DNA of 64,000 nt from Enterococcus phage vB_OCPT_CCS1: sequence record ON113170.1. One strand, given 5' to 3'. A program made the position numbers and the translations under genes. Shown here one piece after another: positions 14,900 through 24,642 of this stretch (its first letter is position 1; each line of letters opens with the position of its first letter). The notes under the pieces were generated by a model. It ran no database searches and was not told the DNA's origin. It was given only the letters and a program-made list of their open reading frames with translations.

Positions 14900-15917
14900 T
14901 GATTTAATCTGTAAAAAACACATCGCATAAACGAGATGCAGTTATAGCTCTATCAAGCAACCTACACCGATTCCGTCGATTACTACCGACATCGCCTTGC
15001 TCGTGTACTTTGAGCGCCCATTTCCAACCCTCGGTTGCTAATGTTTCTCTCCTAACCTACACCTGAGAGTGGCACACGTCTGTGCTAGTATTTTATGCCT
15101 ATTAACTGATTCGCAGGCACACTGCTTAATTCAGCCAACCAATCGGCATCCGATAAGATTGATTGTTTCCGTAGGTTCTTTAAGTCACTGGAGTGGTACT
15201 GCCCCACTCACGCCTATTAAAGTGTTAACTTAATAGATAAAAACTACTCATAACAGGTTTACTACCATAGCATTCTCTACTTCCGCCACAGTGACATGTT
15301 TAAAAACTCAAAACTTAATAGATTAAGGGCTTTTCTTCCTGCTTCATATACACTCACTGCATTCGGTCACATACTCAGAGAGGCTGAACCATCGGGAGCT
15401 ACCCGATAGCTTCTCTCTGCCTTTAATGTATGGTCTAGCACGGTGGCTAACAACGTTCACCTAAACATTCAGCTATTAAAAGTATTAATTAACATATATC
15501 CTTATGTCTTCTATAATATTTTCATCAAAAGCTGACTTAGGCTACTTGTACCAAGGTCTCTTGTTAAACCTGTATTTCTACAGTTCTCGTCAAAGGGAGT
15601 CTTTTGAGTTTTCCAAGGTCTGCCAAGCTTCTCACACTTCCACCTAACTTGGATTCTTTTCCACAGGAACGTCTATTGTATCCCCCAAGAGTCTTGTACC
15701 TTACAATCCATGTATACTCCACATAACGCTTAACTGATATTAGCTTTTACTAATAGTTACTCCTATGTTACCATAAGACCTACCTGCAACCCAAAGCACT
15801 ATCGCACCTTCGGTTACATTCAGATTCACGCCACGCTATCCTAGCAAGCTGTTCAAACTTTCTGCACTAGGTTCAAAATCTATTAAGTTTTCAATTTTTA
15901 ACCACTAACTTGTGGTG
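14900..15917 (-). ncRNA. candidate large structured ncRNA (about 1 kb ORF-free, GC-balanced, hairpin-rich); GOLLD/ROOL-like is the suggested class from context only
   Basis: No ORF of 60 aa or more on either strand across roughly 1 kb inside the tRNA array; local stems such as GAGTGG-tactgcc-CCACTC and nested CAGAGAG..ATCGGG-AGCTA-CCCGAT..CTCTCTG; dedicated promoter at 15925-15953. Confidence 0.35.
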
Positions 15918-15924
15918 TAATACT

Positions 15925-15975
15925 AATATAGCATAACATTACAAAGTTGTAAACACCTTTTTGTAAGTTTTTTTG
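15925..15975 (-). promoter_or_regulatory. promoter module: A-tract, -35 TTTACA, 17 nt, TGCTATATT, driving the ORF-free 1 kb segment
   Basis: Motif and spacing; near-identical to the module at 7371-7420. Confidence 0.45.
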
Positions 15976-15987
15976 ATTTTTTTTTGA

Positions 15988-16075
15988 TGGAAGGTAAGGG
16001 GGTCGAACCCTTACACCGGATTTCTCCGACCTAACTGATTAGCAATCAGCCCTATTACCATTTGAGTAACCTTCC
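15988..16075 (-). tRNA. tRNA-Ser(GCT), class II
   Basis: GGAAGGT...GCTGA-TTGCTAA-TCAGT, long variable arm, AAGGGTTCGACCCCCTT-ACCTTCC. Confidence 0.65.
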
Positions 16076-16085
16076 AAAAACAAAA

Positions 16086-16108
16086 AGGGAACCCCTGTAA
16101 TTAAACAG
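16086..16108 (-). terminator. hairpin CCCCTGT-AATTAA-ACAGGGG followed by UUCCCUUUUUGUUUUUGG
   Basis: Minus-sense terminator just upstream of tRNA-Ser(GCT). Confidence 0.4.
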
Positions 16109-16184
16109 GGGTAAGAGAGATGTCTCTAAAAGCCTACAACCATTATAACATAGAAACATAGTTTGTACAGCCGTAACTGTACAA

Positions 16185-16256
16185 CTGTCAGGACAGGGTT
16201 CGAACCTGTATCGTAACTTCCAAAGAGTTATGTCCTACCTATTAGACGACCTGACA
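16185..16256 (-). tRNA. tRNA-Gln(TTG)
   Basis: TGTCAGG-TC-GTCTAATAGGTAGGAC-TAACT-CTTTGGA-AGTTA-ACAGGTTCGAACCCTGT-CCTGACA. Confidence 0.75.
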
Positions 16257-16347
16257 AAAGGTGGAACCTCCCTAAATTTGGGGAAGAGGGAGGTTATCAT
16301 GCTATTAACAAACACGAATCTGCTAACCAAGTAATCTTGACTAGCAA

Positions 16348-16418
16348 CTCACCTAGCAGGACTTGAACCTACAAGAACTGGTTAACAGCCAGTCATGATA
16401 CCGTTTCATCATAGGTGA
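16348..16418 (-). tRNA. tRNA-Asn(GTT)
   Basis: TCACCTA-TG-ATGAAACGGTATCAT-ACTGG-CTGTTAA-CCAGT-GTAGGTTCAAGTCCTGC-TAGGTGA. Confidence 0.75.
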
Positions 16419-16435
16419 ATTTTAGTTCTATCAAC

Positions 16436-16470
16436 ATTATAACACAAAAGCTGATAGAACTAGCAACTTT
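16436..16470 (-). promoter_or_regulatory. extended -10 promoter TGTTATAAT within the loop of an inverted repeat, upstream of tRNA-Asn (first gene of the array)
   Basis: Motif. Confidence 0.4.
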
Positions 16471-16658
16471 TTTACAAACTTAACAACTTTTTTCTTAACT
16501 ACTGATTCAGCAACTTACTCAATAGTTAAAGACTTAAAGAAAGAGGAAGTAATTGAGGTATGTCAATCACTAACTAAAGTATACAACATTTTTATCATCC
16601 TGACAACAACTAAATACAAAAAGTTCAAAAAAGATTATAAATAGTTAAATTATCAGAA

Positions 16659-16803
16659 TATTCAAATTAATGTCCTATTTTAAATTTTTGACCTCCTTAT
16701 ATACTTAATACTATATATTAAATATATATATCTAAATTATATAAATATTAGACTATATATTATTAATATATATAAGACTTGCAAAAAATTAAAATAGGAC
16801 ATT
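16659..16803. repeat. AT-rich element E1 bounded by perfect 15-bp terminal inverted repeats AATGTCCTATTTTAA / TTAAAATAGGACATT
   Basis: Second copy at 20853-20981 with shared internal CCTTATATA...TAATACTATATAT motifs; both sit between transcription units. Confidence 0.6.
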
Positions 16804-16852
16804 TTTCTGACAATTCACTTTTAGATAAAAAGAAAGAGAGCAAAATGCCCTC

Positions 16853-17191
16853 TTACCGTGTTTCAAAGTATTCCTTGATTGTATACTCTCTAGCTTCTTT
16901 AGCTTCATCAGTTTCATCTTTAGGAGCTAAATACAAGTCAGTAATTGTAGCAGGTACCTCTACCATCTTGTAGTCAATAAAAGTAGCTTGACGTAGATTT
17001 AAGTATCGAATACCTGTTGTTCTATCAGTACCTGTATGAACAGGCAAGAAAGTTAATTCTTTACCTCTGACAGAGCCATTAGCTTGTGTTAGTGCATCAA
17101 CTACAGTTCCGCCCATATAGCGTGGAAATAGGTAAACCTTGTCAGTACCTACTGTAATTTCTGCGACCTTTTCGTGTGTTGGATAGTTCAC
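16853..17191 (-). CDS. hypothetical protein (112 aa, GTG start)
   Basis: ORF track. Confidence 0.45.
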   Translation of the reverse strand: MNYPTHEKVAEITVGTDKVYLFPRYMGGTVVDALTQANGSVRGKELTFLPVHTGTDRTTGIRYLNLRQATFIDYKMVEVPATITDLYLAPKDETDEAKEAREYTIKEYFETR

Positions 17192-17245
17192 TTATAATTT
17201 CTCCTTTCAGAATATGCTATAATTACAGTATAAGTATAACATATT

Positions 17246-17593
17246 CTATGGTTTAAAAATGCTGAACACGTAAGTCACAACCGCACCGAGAACAATCATG
17301 AAGATGTTCTCCACGATGTCTCTTTTATGGTCAAACTCTTTATCGTTTACACCTTCGAGAGCATCAATGGTTTCTTCCAGTTTTGTAATCTGGTACGTAA
17401 GATGTGAATATTTCTCTTCATGAACAGCTAACCTTTTATCAAGACTGTTAACGATGTCCTTCAATTCACTAACTGCATTATTCAGTTCTGTGTTGTCCTG
17501 TTTAATGCCCTTCTCAGTTAGTTCTCCATGTTGGAGCTTGTCTTCCAATCGTTGCAGTCTTAATACTAGGTCACCTATTTGGTAATCGTTCAT
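17246..17593 (-). CDS. coiled-coil protein with C-terminal transmembrane anchor (115 aa)
   Basis: GGGGGAG RBS; C-terminal IFMIVLGAVVTYVFSIF. Confidence 0.5.
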   Translation of the reverse strand: MNDYQIGDLVLRLQRLEDKLQHGELTEKGIKQDNTELNNAVSELKDIVNSLDKRLAVHEEKYSHLTYQITKLEETIDALEGVNDKEFDHKRDIVENIFMIVLGAVVTYVFSIFKP

Positions 17594-17632
17594 TTGTGCT
17601 CCCCCTCTCGGTTGTATAGCTCAATCTCCCGG

Positions 17633-17890
17633 TCAGTTAGAAAACCACATGTAACCGCCTATGCCCAGAATACATCCGACAAGGTAAATAATTGGAGTAT
17701 ACAGCCCAATGAAGAGCATAACCACGCTACCAACACTAAGTCCGTATAATATCAAAAGATACTTATACGATGCCAAAGGACTTAAATCTGCTTGCAGTTT
17801 TTTGTACTGTATAGCTCGGGTGACATAGTAGGATGCTGAGTAAACGAACAACTGTAGTAATAACATAGCAATAAATGCTAGTCGGTACAT
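17633..17890 (-). CDS. small membrane protein (85 aa, two predicted TM helices)
   Basis: Hydrophobic segments LAFIAMLLLQLFVY and LSVGSVVMLFIGLY... Confidence 0.5.
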   Translation of the reverse strand: MYRLAFIAMLLLQLFVYSASYYVTRAIQYKKLQADLSPLASYKYLLILYGLSVGSVVMLFIGLYTPIIYLVGCILGIGGYMWFSN

Positions 17891-18008
17891 TCTATCGCCT
17901 CTCTTCTTTCCTAGAGCTATCTTTAATATAGTACACCAAAGCCTTTATAATCAGGTGTGCTAGATTAAATATGTAGGCTAAAAAATACAAACGGAAGAGT
18001 GAGAAAAA

Positions 18009-18278
18009 GTGAAGGTACGGAAAAAACTATTATACAAATCAATTTTTATCACCATCTCTGTTATCATCATGATTTGTGCAAGCAAGCTGATTGCAGATGT
18101 GCTAGGCTTAGAACAACATTTTACAGCAACAATGCTTGTAGGAGGTTCTTTGTGGGCTTGGATAGCTAGTATTGTCTTTGATTCTTATGAGAAGAGAAAA
18201 AAGAAGGACAATCTACAGCAACAGCTTAATGAAGCACTGCGTGATTTAAAAGAGATAAAAGCGTTAATCAAAAAATAA
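18009..18278 (+). CDS. membrane-anchored coiled-coil protein (89 aa, GTG start)
   Basis: N-terminal TM ITISVIIMICASKLIADVL. Confidence 0.45.
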   Translation: MKVRKKLLYKSIFITISVIIMICASKLIADVLGLEQHFTATMLVGGSLWAWIASIVFDSYEKRKKKDNLQQQLNEALRDLKEIKALIKK

Positions 18279-18297
18279 TTAATAAGGGGTGGAGGAT

Positions 18298-18576
18298 ATG
18301 TCCCTTACAAGAGAAGAAATAAAGCAAAAAAGGCAGTATATTTTTAGCAAAGCTCAAAAGACGACAAATATACGAAAAGGGGATAAACGCATAGCAAGTG
18401 CTACACGGATGTGTGCAGTATGTGGAAGACCGTTGTCTAGACTTGTTCTTACTAATGGTTCTGCAATAGTTACTACAGCACATGTAAGCTGTAAGATGTC
18501 AGATTTAGTACGATTGAACATGTGTGAAGACATACGGTCTTGCTATGCGTATACAAGTAAAAAGGGGGAGGAATAG
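18298..18576 (+). CDS. small Cys-containing protein (possible zinc ribbon)
   Basis: ATG at 18298 with GGGGTGGAGG RBS; CAVCGRP...HVSCKM. Confidence 0.4.
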   Translation: MSLTREEIKQKRQYIFSKAQKTTNIRKGDKRIASATRMCAVCGRPLSRLVLTNGSAIVTTAHVSCKMSDLVRLNMCEDIRSCYAYTSKKGEE

Positions 18577-18580
18577 CCAC

Positions 18581-19009
18581 ATGAGTATGGCAGACCGTAT
18601 TAAAGAAAATGCTGAACAAAAGAAAATGGAACGTACATCCGAACAACGATTACGTGACACATTTAATAATGCTTCTCTCACGTTAATTAACCAGTTCATG
18701 GCTAAAGTTATGGCAGGTTCAATAGATATAGATGACGTTGGAGATTTAACCCGTCTATTCCAAATCTACATGCAGATTAATAATATCAATGCAGGAATGC
18801 AAGAGGGAACTGGTCAGTTACCTGCTCTTAGTGCTACGCAAAAAGATATTATTGCAGACAAGGTAAGCACTGAAAAGGCTACCATAGATGGAGAGGAGGA
18901 GGAAGTTGTTTCGTTGGAGGAATTAGCTAAATTATCGGATGAAGAAATTGATAAGATGCTATTGGATAAGGAAATCCAAATGAACAAAGAAAACGAAGCA
19001 ACGTTTTAA
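18581..19009 (+). CDS. putative terminase small subunit
   Basis: ATG 18581 with GGGGGAGG RBS; about 140 aa; stop overlaps the start of the large terminase (TAATG). Confidence 0.35.
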   Translation: MSMADRIKENAEQKKMERTSEQRLRDTFNNASLTLINQFMAKVMAGSIDIDDVGDLTRLFQIYMQINNINAGMQEGTGQLPALSATQKDIIADKVSTEKATIDGEEEEVVSLEELAKLSDEEIDKMLLDKEIQMNKENEATF

Positions 19010-20844
19010 TGACAAATAAAGCACAACATATTGCTAAAATGGCAAAAGAAATGTATGGGACGGACAAAATAACAACTGCACAGCTTGCCTACATCACAGA
19101 CATGTTAACTCCGTCCACATATTTACTAAGAAACCACTCCGTTCGTAATCATCCGATTACATTTATGATTTCCGGACGTGACCAACAAAAAGCCCAAGCG
19201 CATAGACCTTGGCAAGTAAAAATTATTAATGACCAACATCGAACAAAGGCAGTTATTAAATCACGGCAATTAGGGCTTTCAGAAATGGGAGTAGGAACCA
19301 TGCTACACTTTGCAGATACACATAGTTACGATGCAGTTAAGTGTTTGTATACCTTCCCAACAAATGAACAAATGACTAAATTTGTACAAACACGTCTTGA
19401 CCCAGTATTACAACGTGGTTACTACAGTACGATTATTGACCCAGAAGTAGACTCATTAAAGGCTAAGAAGATTCGTAATAGCTTTTTATACTTCCGTTCA
19501 AGTTCTAAACCGGGAGCTGTAGAAGGGGTCGATATTGATTACCTGTCTATGGATGAGTACGACCGTGTTCCTGCATTAGCCGAAGCTTCTGCATTGGAAT
19601 CTATGTCATCTTCTCCATATAAGATTGTTACTCGTTGGTCTACTCCATCAGCTCCTGATGTAGGTATCCATGCTTTGTTTGAACAGTCTGACCAATACTG
19701 GTATCTACACAAATGTGACAAGTGCAATCATTATAACCAAATGAACTATGAAGACTATGTACCGGAGGCACCAGTGGAACGCAGAGGGAATATTCTTTGT
19801 GTAAACCCTAAAGGGGTAGACCCAATTGCCAAAACAGTTGTGGATGGCTCCTTCCAATTCGTTTGTCAAAAATGTGGAGAACCATTAGACCGTTGGTACA
19901 ATGGTATATGGGTTCCTAAATACCCAGACCGTACTAAAAATGGTCTAGGTATTCGAGGATACATGATTTCTCAAATGAATGCTGTTTGGGTATCTGCTGA
20001 CCAATTAAAAACAAAAGAATTAACATCACTATCAAAACAAGCGTTCTATAACTATACATTGGGTTACCCTTATGCTGACCAGAAACTTACAGTTAATGCT
20101 AGTGACGTAGAACGTAATAGACGTGGAGACCTCCCAGAATCTCCTAGAGACCGTGGAGATTACAAGTTTATCTCTGTAGGTATTGACTGGGGAAACAGAC
20201 ACTGGGTGTCCATTCATGGCGTTAGAACGAATGGTCAAGTAGATTTAATTAAATTGTTCTCTGTAGGTAAAGCTAACCCGTTAAACCCTGATGCAATTGA
20301 TACAGATATTCAGTCAATTCGATTACAATTAGCACCATATGAACCTGATATTATCGTTGCTGATGTTGGTGACTCTGGTGATAAAGTTGCTAAACTGATT
20401 CAGATTTATGGTAAAGACCGTGTATTTGGTTGTGTATACCCATCTACACCTAAATCTACAGGTAACTTAGTGCCTAGTTGGAATGTTCAAGGTAACAAGG
20501 TATCTGCTGATAAGCTAATGCAGAATAAACGATACATCTCAAACATGAAAGATGGAGTTATTGGTTTCTACCATAAAATGGATAGTGAACTAATGCTTTA
20601 CATTGAACACTGGGGAAATGTAGTAATTCGTGATGAAGAGGATGAAAAATCTCCTACAGGATTCCGACAAACTATTGGACGTAAAGGTGATGACCACTAT
20701 TCACAAGCTAGTGTTTATTCCATGTTAGGTTATGAACATTTGATGAACGTATTTACAGGGGCAGATGACTACGGGTTTAACTCTGATTGGATTTCTACTC
20801 AATTGAACCCTACACCTCCTGATATTTTTACTCAATTTACTTAA
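19009..20844 (+). CDS. terminase large subunit (T4 gp17-like)
   Basis: 611 aa; deviant Walker A KSRQLGLSE (T4-type SRQxGKT); C-terminal RNaseH-like nuclease motifs ISVGIDWG and IIVADVGDSGD; Zn-ribbon insert CDKCN...CQKCG; positioned upstream of the portal. Confidence 0.75.
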   Translation: MTNKAQHIAKMAKEMYGTDKITTAQLAYITDMLTPSTYLLRNHSVRNHPITFMISGRDQQKAQAHRPWQVKIINDQHRTKAVIKSRQLGLSEMGVGTMLHFADTHSYDAVKCLYTFPTNEQMTKFVQTRLDPVLQRGYYSTIIDPEVDSLKAKKIRNSFLYFRSSSKPGAVEGVDIDYLSMDEYDRVPALAEASALESMSSSPYKIVTRWSTPSAPDVGIHALFEQSDQYWYLHKCDKCNHYNQMNYEDYVPEAPVERRGNILCVNPKGVDPIAKTVVDGSFQFVCQKCGEPLDRWYNGIWVPKYPDRTKNGLGIRGYMISQMNAVWVSADQLKTKELTSLSKQAFYNYTLGYPYADQKLTVNASDVERNRRGDLPESPRDRGDYKFISVGIDWGNRHWVSIHGVRTNGQVDLIKLFSVGKANPLNPDAIDTDIQSIRLQLAPYEPDIIVADVGDSGDKVAKLIQIYGKDRVFGCVYPSTPKSTGNLVPSWNVQGNKVSADKLMQNKRYISNMKDGVIGFYHKMDSELMLYIEHWGNVVIRDEEDEKSPTGFRQTIGRKGDDHYSQASVYSMLGYEHLMNVFTGADDYGFNSDWISTQLNPTPPDIFTQFT

Positions 20845-20852
20845 AAAAGCAA

Positions 20853-20981
20853 AATGTCCTATTTTAATTTTTCTACGTCCTTATATATTAATACTATATA
20901 TCTATATACCTATATCTAGTTATTAAGTATATATAGTATAATATATTATATAAGGGAGACAAAAATTTAAAATAGGACATT
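20853..20981. repeat. AT-rich element E2 with the same 15-bp terminal inverted repeats
   Basis: See E1. Confidence 0.6.
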
Positions 20982-21087
20982 TTTATCAAATTAGCTATTG
21001 ATTGACAAAAAATAATATGCTATTATACTACTTGTCAATAATAGCACTAGTTATTTTTCTTGTCATAACAATAAAGGAGACGTTTAC

Positions 21088-21933
21088 ATGAATGACAATC
21101 AAGAATACCAAGCTCTTGTTGATAATCTTCTTAGTTCTGTTCCAGAGATTAAACCTGTAGAAGCTACAGTTAGTAAGTCCTTTTTAGAAGGTATGCTAGG
21201 TAAGAAGTTAAACTACGGGTACGTTATATCAGAAAATGAAAAATTATCAAAAGACTATTCACATATTGTGAAGGCTTATGGTTTTAACTCCTTTTATGAC
21301 CTATACTGCTACGCTGATAGTTGTGATTCACTAAATGACTATTTAATTAAAGGCGGTCAAAAAGATTTATCAAAGTTGAAGCCAGTTAAAAGACGAGTAA
21401 TGAGAAATGGTAAAATGATGACAACTACTATCTACGAAGACAGTTCCGGAGAAAACGATGATAAAAACCCACTAGATAAGGACACTCAAACAGAGGAAAA
21501 TGTTGAACCAAGAAATGCTAGAGATTTAAGCAAAACAATTATTGGGGATGACCATAATGGTATAGACCCAAAACAAATTGCTAAACTTAAAACTGAGGCA
21601 GGCAGGTTAAACGGGACATTTTCAACTGATTGTTCTTCATACTTAGTTCTTCAAGGAGAAACCGGAGAACTTGGTGGTGTGGCAGGTTATCGTAAAGAGG
21701 GTAGCTATTTATATCTAGCTTTCTATCAATCAGACGACCTTACAAGTGGAGTGGCTTATGTAGCATTTACACAACTATTGTTACGTGCTCGTAAACTTGG
21801 CTTAGGTGCTAAGATTGATGCTACTGATGACCCGTTAGCACTAGAATTATTTAAAGAATACGGACTTAAAAAAAGTGGTAGTTGTTATATAATTTCCAAG
21901 AGTTCCCTACTGGAAGCGCTTGGGGAGCCATGA
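21088..21933 (+). CDS. hypothetical protein (281 aa)
   Basis: ORF track; AAGGAG RBS. Confidence 0.5.
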   Translation: MNDNQEYQALVDNLLSSVPEIKPVEATVSKSFLEGMLGKKLNYGYVISENEKLSKDYSHIVKAYGFNSFYDLYCYADSCDSLNDYLIKGGQKDLSKLKPVKRRVMRNGKMMTTTIYEDSSGENDDKNPLDKDTQTEENVEPRNARDLSKTIIGDDHNGIDPKQIAKLKTEAGRLNGTFSTDCSSYLVLQGETGELGGVAGYRKEGSYLYLAFYQSDDLTSGVAYVAFTQLLLRARKLGLGAKIDATDDPLALELFKEYGLKKSGSCYIISKSSLLEALGEP

Positions 21934-22757
21934 TTTCAACTTTTGAGTTATTTTTAATTTTAGCCTTCTCAACAACTGTGTTTATATGCTATAATCTTTT
22001 TGTAGCTCAAACAGTCAAGACAATTTTTGATTTGAGAAAAAAGGCACAAGTTGTGCTAACTGAAAGAGCAACTGAGCTAACGAAGAAGTTAACAAACATA
22101 CTGAAAGGGGATGTACAGGAGTTGCCAGAGAAAGAAAACGTAATTATTAACGAACAAACACTCTCTGACTTGTTAGTCGAAAAAGCAAGCGATGCCGACT
22201 ACAAATTGTTCATTGAGAAACTGACAGAGATTGTAAAGGACTTATATTCAAATTATCAATTTCTTCGTCAAGACCCACAGCCCGATGACTTCATGTCAGG
22301 TTATTTTTTAGGGTTCCAAGTTTTTAGAGAGGAATACCCTGTCGAATACGAGTATTTATTCCGATTAGCTATTGACCGTGGGTTAGACGATATTAAAATC
22401 AATAAACTCTTTGTCGAAGCTTTACAAAACGGAGAGGTATTACCATTAGGGGATGCCATTGTTGACCCTAACTTGTCCGGATGCAGTTCTATCCTTCAAG
22501 CACAAGAAGTACGTGTAAACATTGTATTCGCACCTAAAGCATACATGGAGCGTAAAGAAGAGTTGATTGAAGAGAAAACTGCTGAAATGGAAAAGCAGAA
22601 GAAAGAGCAACAAGAACTAGCAATCCAAAAAGACAACGTGGTTAAATCTGCACGTCTTGCTGAGGCTGTCATTAACGAATTAGTGGATGAAGTCGCAGAA
22701 AAACACGAACTACAAGAACTCGTTAAACAAATTAAAGAAAGCATGAGGTATTTCTAA
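21930..22757 (+). CDS. membrane-anchored coiled-coil protein
   Basis: ATG 21930 overlapping the upstream stop (ATGA); N-terminal TM MISTFELFLILAFSTTVFICYNLFVAQ. Confidence 0.5.
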   Translation: MISTFELFLILAFSTTVFICYNLFVAQTVKTIFDLRKKAQVVLTERATELTKKLTNILKGDVQELPEKENVIINEQTLSDLLVEKASDADYKLFIEKLTEIVKDLYSNYQFLRQDPQPDDFMSGYFLGFQVFREEYPVEYEYLFRLAIDRGLDDIKINKLFVEALQNGEVLPLGDAIVDPNLSGCSSILQAQEVRVNIVFAPKAYMERKEELIEEKTAEMEKQKKEQQELAIQKDNVVKSARLAEAVINELVDEVAEKHELQELVKQIKESMRYF

Positions 22758-23114
22758 ATGGCAAACCCTACAACCAAAGTAACATTAAATCAAGCATTAA
22801 TCAAAGAATTGCGTGCACTTCAAGGAAAAAGAGAGTCCTTGATTGCAAGCAATCTACATGTACCAGAACCTCAGTCAGTTATGATTCCAATTCCTAATGT
22901 TTTAGTAACAGATGGTGACAAAGAGGTACTAAAATTTATTAAAAATATCGGTTTAATTCGAGCTGATAAATCTTTTGGGTTAGATGTGGCAATTGAAGCA
23001 GGAGAAAAAGTAACCCTTACAGATGGACGGTCTTCCACTATCTTGGAATGTATTTTCTATTACACAGGAGATACAAAAATTGATGAAATTGAGCAATTCT
23101 TAGAACAAAACTAA
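22758..23114 (+). CDS. hypothetical protein (118 aa)
   Basis: Translationally coupled (TAAATG). Confidence 0.5.
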   Translation: MANPTTKVTLNQALIKELRALQGKRESLIASNLHVPEPQSVMIPIPNVLVTDGDKEVLKFIKNIGLIRADKSFGLDVAIEAGEKVTLTDGRSSTILECIFYYTGDTKIDEIEQFLEQN

Positions 23115-23146
23115 TATTTCCTGATTAAAAAGAGTCTTTTTTACTT

Positions 23147-23156
23147 GTGCTATATT
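23147..23156 (+). promoter_or_regulatory. TGCTATATTA extended -10 motif (recurrent structural-module promoter)
   Basis: Same decamer, each preceded by a terminator hairpin, at 24582, 25327, 26352, 28548, 30432, 38190, 38209, 45684, 53690 and 57179. Confidence 0.4.
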
Positions 23157-23226
23157 AACATTGCACAAGGAAAGAGAACTCTTTTTTTTGTGACTTTTTT
23201 TACAGGAGGTTGCAAGATGGCAGGCG

Positions 23227-24485
23227 AAGTATTTAGTAGTTTAATTACAAGCGTTAACCCTAAACTGATGAACTCTGGTAGTCGTAATGGTATTGCTATT
23301 GACCGCATTGTTCTACATCACAACGCAACAACAAACAAGGATGTTGCTATGAACACATGGGTAGTAGGTGGTAGTGCAGGTACATCTGCTCACTATGAGG
23401 TTACTCCAACAGAGATTATCGGTTGTGTAGGTGAGCAGTACTCAGCATTCCATGCCGGAGGAACTGGTGGTGCAGATATTCCTAAGATGGCTAACCCTAA
23501 CCAACGCTCAATCGGTATCGAAAACTTAAATTCAAGTGGTGCTCCTAACTGGTCAATTGACCCTCGTACGGTTACAAACTGTGCTCGATTAGTAGCAGAT
23601 ATTTGTAAACGTTACGGTATCCCATGTGACCGCCAACATGTCTTAGGTCATAACGAAGTGACTGCAACAGCATGTCCCGGAGGTATGAACGTAGACGAAG
23701 TTGTACGCCAAGCAAAACAATTTATGGCAGGTGGAAATAACAGCGCACCTAAGCCTAGTCAAACAAACGGTCGTCAAGCATTCTTTGATATTGTGAATGT
23801 AAACTCTGGTGCATTTAACGTACAAGGATGGTTCATTCCTAGCAAGTCTACAAAAGGGCAATCTATCTGGTTATACTTTATGGATAAAGCTACAAACAAA
23901 GAAATTGGGCGTTTCCAAGGTAAACGTGTAGTTCGTGAAGACGTTAAAAAAGTATACCCATCTAACCCTAACGGGGCAGAAGTTGGTTTTAATGTTAATG
24001 GCTTAACCCCACAAAATCTTATGGGTAAAGAGTATTACTTCTTGTTACGTTATAACAACGATAGCAAAGAAGAGCTTTACGTAAAAGATAAAGTCTTTAA
24101 AGCCCCTGCATTAATTAACCGTGGTTGTTTAGACGTAATCAGAGGCGACAAAGGTCAGGTAACACTACACGGATGGCACTTATCTTCTAAACGTAGAGAT
24201 ACTGACAAACACTTCTTATTCATCATGGATAAGAAAACGAATAAAGAAATTGTACGTTTTGACGTTACAAAATCTTCATTCAAGGCTTCTCCTGATATTC
24301 AAAAACTATATGACGGAACGATTGCGCAACGAGGAAACTGTAGATTTGCTTTTGCTCATGCACTAGATGCTAAATCTCCTGCACGTGGTAAAGACATCTA
24401 TATCCTAAGTCGTTATTGCTCCGACCCATTAGGGAATACAGGAATTTCTGACCAGTTACAACTTGGTGGAACTAACAAATTGTAA
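23227..24485 (+). CDS. N-acetylmuramoyl-L-alanine amidase (Amidase_2/PGRP) with two C-terminal cell-wall-binding repeats; endolysin candidate
   Basis: ATG 23227 with AGGAGG RBS; IVLHHNATTN...HYEV...ACPG motifs; duplicated roughly 110-aa module (GWFIPSKSTKGQSIWLYFMDKATNKEI / GWHLSSKRRDTDKHFLFIMDKKTNKEI). Confidence 0.8.
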
Positions 24486-24494
24486 CAGTACAAT

Positions 24495-24520
24495 GACCTA
24501 CCTTCGGGTGGGTCTTTTTT
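24495..24520 (+). terminator. rho-independent terminator after the amidase gene
   Basis: GACCTACC-TTCG-GGTGGGTC plus T6. Confidence 0.55.
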
Positions 24521-24642
24521 ATTACTGTAATAATATGTAATAGAACTGTAATGATTTAGGACTACCTTTGTAATACTAATTTGCTATATTAGTTCCTGTA
24601 AGCAACACATAAAACTAAAACAACCCAAAGGAGAACGACAAC

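Noticed and set aside
14495-14902. ORFs 14495-14755, 14535-14726 and 14666-14902
   Set aside because: Overlap tRNA-Glu, tRNA-Asp and a degenerate tRNA-like element
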